Source of the DNA: Stenotrophomonas phage vB_SmaS-DLP_6
Sequence record: KU682439.2
Reading direction: 5' to 3' (one strand)
DNA length: 32,000 bases
Shown: piece by piece, positions 17,391-23,471 of the stretch
Layout of the letters: every line of letters starts with the position of its first letter
Numbering within the stretch: position 1 is the stretch's first letter
Notes under the pieces: model-generated
What the model was told of the DNA's origin: nothing
What the model saw: the letters and a program-made list of their open reading frames with translations, nothing else
The model's database searches: none
Position numbers and translations under genes: made by a program

Positions 17391-17779
17391 GCCTGGAATC
17401 ATTCATTGAGGTCAAGCTGAAGAATGAGGATGACTTCCTCAAGGTCATGGAGACTCTGACACGTCTCGGCGTCGCAAGCGAACGCACGAAGACACTGTAC
17501 CAGAGCTGCCACATTCTTCACAAGCGTGGTCAGTACTACATCGTTCACTTCAAGGAGCTCTTCGCCCTCGACGGCAAGCCGAGTTCCCTTGACGATGAAG
17601 ACGTCGCCCGCCGCAACACCATCGCCAACCTTCTTCAAGACTGGGGTCTTGTGACTCTCGTTGATGCATCCAAGAGCTCTGTGAACGTTGCTCCGATGCG
17701 TCTGATCAAGGTTATCCCTTACAAGGACAAGGGTCAATGGAACCTTGTCACCAAGTACAAAATCGGAAAGAAGGTCTAA
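17387..17779 (+). CDS. regA: Translational repressor RegA
   Basis: FIEVKLKNEDDFLKVMETLTRLGVAS...TLYQSCHILHKRGQYYIVHFKELFALDG. Its position after gp62 is canonical. Confidence 0.93.
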   Translation: MSLESFIEVKLKNEDDFLKVMETLTRLGVASERTKTLYQSCHILHKRGQYYIVHFKELFALDGKPSSLDDEDVARRNTIANLLQDWGLVTLVDASKSSVNVAPMRLIKVIPYKDKGQWNLVTKYKIGKKV

Positions 17780-18195
17780 TGAGCAATTTTAAGGATGTGG
17801 GTACGTTCATGTCGGCGTTCGGTCAGGAAGTGAAGACCGCGCCGGAGTTCCCGAGTGAGGCGATCCAACAGCTTCGCTTCAAGCTGATCGACGAAGAGCT
17901 CGGTGAGTTCGTCGAAGGTCTGAACAACAAGGATGTGGTCGAAGTGGCAGATGCTCTGACCGACATCTTGTATGTTGTCTACGGTGCGGGTCACGCGTTC
18001 GGCATCGACCTTGATGCGTGCTTCGCTGAAGTCCATCGTACGAACATGGCGAAGTTGGGACCAGACGGCAAGCCAATCCGCCGCGAGGATGGCAAGGTAC
18101 TGAAGCCGGAAGGCTGGACCCCGCCGAATCTGCGCGATGTCCTGTTCGGCAAGGAGAAGGCACATGGTGTCAGCGAAGGACAAAGCGAAGCTTGA
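17779..18195 (+). CDS. MazG/HisE-like NTP pyrophosphohydrolase
   Basis: LIDEELGEFVEGL...DVVEVADALTDILYVVYG is an EExxE...ExxD metal-binding motif. ATG at 17779. Confidence 0.82.
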   Translation: MSNFKDVGTFMSAFGQEVKTAPEFPSEAIQQLRFKLIDEELGEFVEGLNNKDVVEVADALTDILYVVYGAGHAFGIDLDACFAEVHRTNMAKLGPDGKPIRREDGKVLKPEGWTPPNLRDVLFGKEKAHGVSEGQSEA

Positions 18196-18382
18196 TGAGC
18201 TTCATCAGCACTTCGACCCGAAGTGTGGCGGCTACGAGGAATGTGAGCTCAACGAGACCACGCTCCACGTGGTGAACGAGGATGGGGTGGTGGACGCCGT
18301 ACCGGTTGGCGCCTACCCGGTGGACGGCTCCAAGGATCCCTGGTGGGTCCGCCTGCTGTCCGCCCTGACCGGGTGCCGCTAA
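18164..18382 (+). CDS. Small hypothetical protein
   Basis: MVSAKDKAKLDELHQHFDPKCGG..., an ORF overlapping the upstream gene end. Confidence 0.5.
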   Translation: MVSAKDKAKLDELHQHFDPKCGGYEECELNETTLHVVNEDGVVDAVPVGAYPVDGSKDPWWVRLLSALTGCR

Positions 18383-18402
18383 CCCCGCTCACAAAGCCAG
18401 AC

Positions 18403-18430
18403 AAGCCCCAGGCTCCGCCCTGGGGCTTTT
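18403..18430 (+). terminator. Rho-independent terminator
   Basis: AAGCCCCAGG-CTCCGC-CCTGGGGCTT followed by TT, a 10-bp stem. Confidence 0.88.
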
Positions 18431-18441
18431 CCACATACGGC

Positions 18442-18520
18442 GTAAGTCGTTGATTTTACAGGGATCGTAAGTCGTTGATTTTATTGGGTTTCCTGGACCG
18501 CCCGTAAGTCGTTGATTTTG
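18442..18520 (+). repeat. Cassette A repeat array: three copies of GTAAGTCGTTGATTTTA
   Basis: Copies at 18442-18458 and 18467-18483 (identical) and 18504-18520 (last base G). Confidence 0.95.
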
Positions 18521-18523
18521 GGC

Positions 18524-18551
18524 TTTACTTTCGTGCTGGACCCGGTATAAT
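18524..18551 (+). promoter_or_regulatory. Cassette A promoter
   Basis: TTTACT (18524-18529), 16-nt spacer, TATAAT (18546-18551). Confidence 0.7.
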
Positions 18552-18578
18552 GGGTCCTGTGATGAATGAGGCAACCCA

Positions 18579-19535
18579 ATGACCCCGGCTATTCTGAAAG
18601 AACTTCAGAACCACTTCGGAACCCCGACGGTGACTTCTGCGGAGCTGTACGCTTACGACACGAAGTACATGGCTCTGGCTCGCAAGGGCGGGCTGAAGCA
18701 GGTCTCTCGCGGTGTGTGGTCGCTGGAATCGCCGAAGGCGAAGAAGGCTCCGAAGGAAACCGCGAAGGATGAGGCTAAGAAGGCTGAACTGATCAAGGAA
18801 CGCTTCGAGGTTCTGGGCGTTCTGGCTGACGGCGTAGCCTCCAACAACATCCGTTCGCTGATCGTCGCTGGCGCGCCGGGCGTGGGTAAGACCTTCACCC
18901 TGGAAGCCAAGCTGGCGATCGCCGAAAAGAAGAAGAAGATCACCTCGGTCGTCTCGATCAAGGGTTCTATCTCTCCGATCGGGTTGTACGTCCAGCTCTT
19001 CGAGAACCGCGAGAAGGGTCAGGTGATCGTCCTTGACGACATCGACTCGGTCTTCGGTGACGAAGAAGCGATGAATCTGCTGAAGGGCGCGCTGGACACG
19101 ACGCAGAAGCGCCGTATCTCGTGGGCGAAGGCTTCCGCCTTCCTGCGCGACCAGGACATCCCGAACAGCTTCGACTACGACGGTCAGATCGTGTTCATCA
19201 CGAACACCGACCCGGACGCCGTGATCGCCAAGGGCGGCAAGCTCGCCCCGCACATGGCAGCGCTGCTGTCGCGTTCCGTCTTCCTGGACCTGTGCATCCA
19301 CGACAACAAGTCGATCATGATCCGCGTCGAGCAGGTGCTCGCCGAGTCGACGATGCTGAGCGATCTGAACGTCAGCAAGGGTCACGCCGCCGAAATCCTC
19401 GGCTGGATGAACGCCAACCTGGACAGCCTGCGCTCGGTTTCGCTGCGCACCGTGATCCAGCTTGCTTCGTTCATCAAGACCTCCAACAACTGGCAGGCGC
19501 TGGCGTCCGCCACCATGCTCAAGGCTCGCTACTGA
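18579..19535 (+). CDS. AAA+ ATPase
   Basis: LIVAGAPGVGKTFTLEAKL Walker A, GQVIVLDDIDSVFG Walker B, IVFITNTDPD sensor 1-like. Confidence 0.85.
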   Translation: MTPAILKELQNHFGTPTVTSAELYAYDTKYMALARKGGLKQVSRGVWSLESPKAKKAPKETAKDEAKKAELIKERFEVLGVLADGVASNNIRSLIVAGAPGVGKTFTLEAKLAIAEKKKKITSVVSIKGSISPIGLYVQLFENREKGQVIVLDDIDSVFGDEEAMNLLKGALDTTQKRRISWAKASAFLRDQDIPNSFDYDGQIVFITNTDPDAVIAKGGKLAPHMAALLSRSVFLDLCIHDNKSIMIRVEQVLAESTMLSDLNVSKGHAAEILGWMNANLDSLRSVSLRTVIQLASFIKTSNNWQALASATMLKARY

Positions 19536-20464
19536 TGAACAAGATCTACTCCGACCTCACCATGATTCGCCCTGTCATCAAGGGCGACGCGGACTCCCTC
19601 TACAAGATCATCGACAAGAACCGCGAGGCGCTGTCGAACCTGGTCTGGGTGAAGGATGCCACTCCCGAATCCGTCGCCTTCCATGTGGCGAACGAAGCAC
19701 AGCGCATGCGCGTGATCACCGTCGGCGGCATCGTCGCCGGTTTGATCAGCGTCAAGGGCACCGACTCCCCGGCTCCGCACATCCATCAGCTGGGATACTG
19801 GCTCGATCCCAAGATGTCCGGCAAGGGCGTGATGACGGAAGCGGTAAAGCAGTACCTGTCGCTCCTGTTCAATCGCGAGCTGATCGCCTGCGTTCGGGTC
19901 GGCAACCGCGCCTCCTTCAACGTCCTGACCCGCAACGGCTTCTATGTCGAGAGCCAGGACGACGAGTGGATTCAGCTGCGTCGCCCAGCGCGCCGGCTGG
20001 TCGATCACAAGGGCGACTGGATCACCTTCGAGAACGCCGTCAAGTACATCGGCAAGGGCTGGCACGGTCTGGTCCTCGGTGGGATGCGCCGGATGTACGA
20101 CGCTGGCTGGAATGGCGAGGTGCGCCAGATCAAGGAGAAGTTCGGCACGCTGCGCTTCTACATCGGCGAAGCGAACGAAGAGGTTCGACACATCGTCGCT
20201 GACATCGAGGAAGAGACCTACTGCATCTGCGAAGACTGCGGCGGGGCGGGCGAGCTGCGGCTGGACCTGGGCTGGGATCGCACCCTGTGCAACGATCACC
20301 ATGCGGTGGCGCTGGACAAGGAAAAGCAGCGCGAACGCGGGCGCATCAGTGGCACGGCGGCTCGTCTCGAGAAGGAAGGGGCTGTCTACGTCGAGCCGAA
20401 GAAGGCTGGCTTCAAGGTGCTGTACAAGAACGGCGTGTTCAGCATGGTGCGCGACGATGAGTAA
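19535..20464 (+). CDS. GNAT-family acetyltransferase (RimJ/RimL-like) fused to a C-terminal Cys/His-rich domain
   Basis: IHQLGYWLDPKMSGKGVMTEAVK...CVRVGNRASFNVLTRNGF, then KEKFGTLRFYIG...CICEDCGGAGELRLDLGWDRTLCNDHH. ATG at 19535 preferred over the track start 19121. Confidence 0.78.
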   Translation: MNKIYSDLTMIRPVIKGDADSLYKIIDKNREALSNLVWVKDATPESVAFHVANEAQRMRVITVGGIVAGLISVKGTDSPAPHIHQLGYWLDPKMSGKGVMTEAVKQYLSLLFNRELIACVRVGNRASFNVLTRNGFYVESQDDEWIQLRRPARRLVDHKGDWITFENAVKYIGKGWHGLVLGGMRRMYDAGWNGEVRQIKEKFGTLRFYIGEANEEVRHIVADIEEETYCICEDCGGAGELRLDLGWDRTLCNDHHAVALDKEKQRERGRISGTAARLEKEGAVYVEPKKAGFKVLYKNGVFSMVRDDE

Positions 20465-20687
20465 GAGCTACCGCGAACAGCGCATGTACGACGAGCGCAA
20501 CGACCGTGACGTACCGAACGATGGCAAACACTCACCGCGTTACGGTCGCTTCGGCAACCGTCGAAAAGAGATGGCGCGGCTGAAGAAGGTCGCGCTCCGC
20601 AAAGACCGCCGAAAGGCGAACCGGGAGACCGACAATGGCTCAGGTACCAATCGACCAATCGAAACCCCTCGATTTTACTGGTGTTGA
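20457..20687 (+). CDS. Small basic hypothetical protein
   Basis: MSKSYREQRMYDERNDRDVPNDGKHSPRYGRFGNRRKEMARLKK. Overlaps the upstream stop. Confidence 0.5.
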   Translation: MSKSYREQRMYDERNDRDVPNDGKHSPRYGRFGNRRKEMARLKKVALRKDRRKANRETDNGSGTNRPIETPRFYWC

Positions 20688-20868
20688 GCTGCGCGAGCGC
20701 CACGGTAGAACCGAAGCAACATGCAAGTGCGGTGCCTGGCTGGTTGTCTCGGCACCGAACTACAAGGGTGACCGTTGCGTCATCCGCCAAATGGCACACA
20801 TCCCGATCTGCAAACACTACGAAGAGGTCTGCAAATGTATTATGGAGTCACTAAGTTCGTCGTCATGA
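20635..20868 (+). CDS. Small hypothetical protein
   Basis: 77-aa ORF with several Cys (CKCGAWLV...CKHYEEVCKC). Overlaps neighbours. Confidence 0.45.
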   Translation: MAQVPIDQSKPLDFTGVELRERHGRTEATCKCGAWLVVSAPNYKGDRCVIRQMAHIPICKHYEEVCKCIMESLSSSS

Positions 20869-21080
20869 AGCACGGCGATACCGAAACCCCGTTCGTCTTC
20901 CCGAACCACTTCATTCACGCGGATCTCGGTCGTCGTCTGCCCGGACAGCCGGTGAGCGCCGGGTTCGTCTTCATCAACTCGGACATGACCATCACCGTGC
21001 GCGGGCGTAGTGAGTCGCTGAACCTGGACAACCGTGGAGAGATCGATGAAAAGCTCATCGCAGAAGCGCTCTGCCTCTGA
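20835..21080 (+). CDS. Small hypothetical protein
   Basis: MYYGVTKFVVMKHGDTETPFVFPNHFIHADLG..., ATG at 20835. Confidence 0.5.
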   Translation: MYYGVTKFVVMKHGDTETPFVFPNHFIHADLGRRLPGQPVSAGFVFINSDMTITVRGRSESLNLDNRGEIDEKLIAEALCL

Positions 21081-21090
21081 AGACCGCCCA

Positions 21091-21315
21091 ATGATGTGGC
21101 GCACCGACGACTTTGGCAAATGGTCGGAGGGCGCGATCAAACTCGGTGCCACAAAGCTGATCATCGAGACCATTGACCGAATGGTCTATGCAACCAATCC
21201 GAATCGTAGTATCATCTATGCTAACTGGTCAACCGATGCTGCGTTTGGCTGGGTCTACGCAATTCCGATTCGTTGGGACACCCGTTACCGCAAGTTCAAG
21301 GACATTGTACTATGA
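21091..21315 (+). CDS. Small hypothetical protein
   Basis: MMWRTDDFGKWSEGAIKLGATKLIIETIDRMV..., next in-frame start after the 21080 stop. Confidence 0.45.
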   Translation: MMWRTDDFGKWSEGAIKLGATKLIIETIDRMVYATNPNRSIIYANWSTDAAFGWVYAIPIRWDTRYRKFKDIVL

Positions 21316-21527
21316 TCATCACCCGCAAGTCGCCGCTCAGCGGCAAGACCAATCAGCGCGACATCAACGTGACCGAAGAGCAGCTCGCGAAGTGGCACGA
21401 AGGAACCGCCATCCAGCATGCGATGCCGAACGTGTCCGCCGATGACCGCGAATTCATCATGACCGGCATCACTCCCGAAGAGTGGGATGAGGCGTTCGCG
21501 CCGGATGGCGACGGGGAGTGCAGCTGA
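21312..21527 (+). CDS. Small conserved phage hypothetical protein
   Basis: MIITRKSPLSGKTNQRDINVTEEQLAKWHEGTAIQHAMPNVSADDREFIMTGITPEEWDEAF resembles a small protein recurrent in many phages. Confidence 0.65.
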   Translation: MIITRKSPLSGKTNQRDINVTEEQLAKWHEGTAIQHAMPNVSADDREFIMTGITPEEWDEAFAPDGDGECS

Positions 21528-21676
21528 TGCTGTACAACGTCGAATACGTGAACGAGTGTGGCGACTGGGAGAATGTCTACGGTGCACCTGTCAGCAAGGA
21601 AAAGGCTGACTACATCGCGGACCAACTCCTGCGCCACGATGGCAATCGACAAGTGGTCATCATCCCGGTGAGGTAA
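21527..21676 (+). CDS. Small hypothetical ORF (49 aa), absent from the track
   Basis: MLYNVEYVNECGDWENVYGAPVSKEKADYIADQLLRHDGNRQVVIIPVR. Its start overlaps the upstream TGA and its stop is 3 nt before the next gene. Confidence 0.6.
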   Translation: MLYNVEYVNECGDWENVYGAPVSKEKADYIADQLLRHDGNRQVVIIPVR

Positions 21677-21679
21677 GTC

Positions 21680-21940
21680 ATGAGCCAAGAGCAGCCAGTC
21701 AAGTACATCCTGCCACACGGTTGGGTTGTACAGCTGAAACTCGATCCGGACACCTACAAGACAAAGGTCACGTTCCGACACAAAGACGCGACCCGATGCT
21801 GTTCCGGAGACATCAAGATTGACGACATGCTGAAGGGCGTCGAATTTGATGTGGATGCCGCGTTTGACGTGGCGCTCGGCAATCGTGAAGCGGCATTCAA
21901 CGGTCGCCGCCTTACCGAGATCCCGAAGAAGAAGGATTGA
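21680..21940 (+). CDS. Small hypothetical protein
   Basis: 86-aa ORF in a contiguous operon. Confidence 0.55.
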   Translation: MSQEQPVKYILPHGWVVQLKLDPDTYKTKVTFRHKDATRCCSGDIKIDDMLKGVEFDVDAAFDVALGNREAAFNGRRLTEIPKKKD

Positions 21941-21950
21941 CCGAAACCGC

Positions 21951-21979
21951 TTTACTCCCAAGAGGGCATCACGTATGAT
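21951..21979 (+). promoter_or_regulatory. Putative promoter upstream of the sulfotransferase-like gene
   Basis: TTTACT (21951-21956), 17-nt spacer, TATGAT (21974-21979), in one of the few real intergenic gaps. Preceded by TGACCGAAACC, similar to the cassette B/C leading edge. Confidence 0.5.
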
Positions 21980-22012
21980 AATGCGTGGTGCCCTTTGTCA
22001 CATCAGCAATAC

Positions 22013-22627
22013 ATGATCATCGCATCAAACTATGTCTTTGTCGCCGTATCCCGAGCGGGTTCGGTGTCTCTTCGTGACGCGCTGCGCAAGCAGCCATTTC
22101 AATATGAGCAAGACCCGACCGTACCGGCTTGGCTCCCCTTTGAGGAGCTACAGAAGGTGCGGAACAGCCACATCACGATCTCACAGCTTCGCGAATGGTT
22201 TGACCCGGGAAGCCGGTTCAGCTTCGCGTTTGTACGCAATCCGTGGGATCGCTTCATCAGCTTCTGTGCGTGGGGAAAGGTCGGTATCGCGACACGCGAC
22301 GGCACGGTTACGTTTGCCAACGACCCTCGACGTTACATGAGCATGGCGCTCGACATGCATGAACGCCTGTCCGAGCAGACGACCATGATGTGGGAGCAGT
22401 CCCGCTTCATCGATGGCGGAGTAGACTTCACAGGTCGCTACGAGCACCTACAGCGCGACTTCGATCACGTGTGCGACGTGATCAAGCATCCGCGCACCAT
22501 ACTTCCGCTCCGCAATCGGTCGAAGCATGATGACTATCGCACGTACTACACACCAGACCTTGTAGACAGAGTAGCCGAACTCTACAAGCGAGATATCGCC
22601 GCGTTCGGCTACACATTCGAAGAGTGA
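22013..22627 (+). CDS. Sulfotransferase-family protein
   Basis: FVAVSRAGSVSLRDAL (PSB-loop-like), FAFVRNPWDRFISF (3'-PB-like), and C-terminal YYTPDLVDRVAELYKRDIAAFGYTFE. Track start at 21995 is TTG; ATG at 22013 is likelier. Confidence 0.75.
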   Translation: MIIASNYVFVAVSRAGSVSLRDALRKQPFQYEQDPTVPAWLPFEELQKVRNSHITISQLREWFDPGSRFSFAFVRNPWDRFISFCAWGKVGIATRDGTVTFANDPRRYMSMALDMHERLSEQTTMMWEQSRFIDGGVDFTGRYEHLQRDFDHVCDVIKHPRTILPLRNRSKHDDYRTYYTPDLVDRVAELYKRDIAAFGYTFEE

Positions 22628-22634
22628 GAACAAC

Positions 22635-23054
22635 ATGAGCTACTATCCTTTCGGTCCGGCTGCAGCGTTTGAAGAGAACCTCTGCAAGTCTATCACGCAA
22701 TTCAACAAGAACTGGGGTTACGGCGGCATCAGCACCAGCGCACGCTATGAGCAGCTCGGTGTCAGCGAGTATTCGGCGACCTTCGTAGCGCAGTTCCCGG
22801 TTCCGGGTGCTAAGAGTGATGAGATCTACGCCGAGATCATCATGCAGGAGCGCGTCCGCTTCCTCAAGCAAAACAACAGCAGCGTCGCCTTCCTCTCCGT
22901 ACCTTTTGATCCGAAGTTCGTTACCTTTGCCGGCTTCACAGTGAACGAAGGAATCCTTGCGGTCGTTTTCAAGTATAATGTGCCTTCGGAGCTTCGTACG
23001 CAGACCATCTTTGCGATCAGCGAAGCGGACTTCCAATCGGAGATTACGAAATGA
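22635..23054 (+). CDS. Hypothetical protein
   Basis: 139-aa ORF in an operon. Confidence 0.6.
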   Translation: MSYYPFGPAAAFEENLCKSITQFNKNWGYGGISTSARYEQLGVSEYSATFVAQFPVPGAKSDEIYAEIIMQERVRFLKQNNSSVAFLSVPFDPKFVTFAGFTVNEGILAVVFKYNVPSELRTQTIFAISEADFQSEITK

Positions 23055-23470
23055 ACAAGGTTGATGGACCAATGGCTGTCGGCGACTTCAGCCACCTGAA
23101 GACAACTGGCGACGTCAAGAGCGATGCGAAGGGTTCTGGCGCGCGCTATGACGCAGGCAAGGTTCCTTACGAGCTGGTGCCGACGCACTTGCTCGAGAGC
23201 ACCGCTTTGGTGTTCGGCTACGGCGCGCAGAAATACGCGGCGTGGAATTGGGCGAAGGGCATGCCGTGGACCAAGGTCATCGCATGCATCAAGCGCCACC
23301 TGGCTGCAATCGAACGCGGCGAAGACATCGATCCAGAATCCGGCTTGCCACACATCGGTCACCTGATGTGCAACGCTCTGATGCTGGAGCACTACATGAA
23401 GCATTACAAAGAGGGCGACGACCGTCCGACGAAGTGGTTTTCGCCGGAACTGACTGACCCGAAGGAGTAA
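23051..23470 (+). CDS. dATP/dGTP diphosphohydrolase-like protein (DUF5664 / MazG-related)
   Basis: ARYDAGKVPYELVPTHLLESTALVFGYGAQKYAAWNWAKGMPWTKVIACIKRHLAAIERGEDIDPESGLPHIGHLMCNALML. Confidence 0.78.
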   Translation: MNKVDGPMAVGDFSHLKTTGDVKSDAKGSGARYDAGKVPYELVPTHLLESTALVFGYGAQKYAAWNWAKGMPWTKVIACIKRHLAAIERGEDIDPESGLPHIGHLMCNALMLEHYMKHYKEGDDRPTKWFSPELTDPKE

Positions 23471-23471
23471 C

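Noticed and set aside
18442-18520. CRISPR array
   Set aside because: Only 2-3 repeats per locus, repeats of 17 bp, linkers of 8 and 20 nt, and similar linkers reused between loci. No cas genes. These are regulatory or iteron-like repeats.
18566-18772. Track ORF MRQPNDPGYSERTSEPLRNPDGDF... downstream of cassette A
   Set aside because: Its start is just ahead of the AAA+ ATPase start and it overlaps that gene's frame. The ATPase start at 18579 sits at the homologous position of cassette B and has a clear family match.
19121-19534. N-terminal extension of the GNAT ORF in the supplied track
   Set aside because: This stretch overlaps the AAA+ ATPase in another frame and shows no domain. ATG at 19535 overlaps the ATPase stop and begins the GNAT domain.
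22974-22979. TATAAT hexamer inside ORF 22635-23054
   Set aside because: Located within coding sequence, without a -35 at 16-17 nt and without a downstream operon start. Treated as chance.
18579-23470. Classical anti-phage defence or toxin-antitoxin island in the accessory block
   Set aside because: AAA+ ATPase, GNAT and metalloprotease-like genes can occur in such systems, but no known defence architecture or toxin/antitoxin pair is recognisable. The genes look like phage accessory genes.
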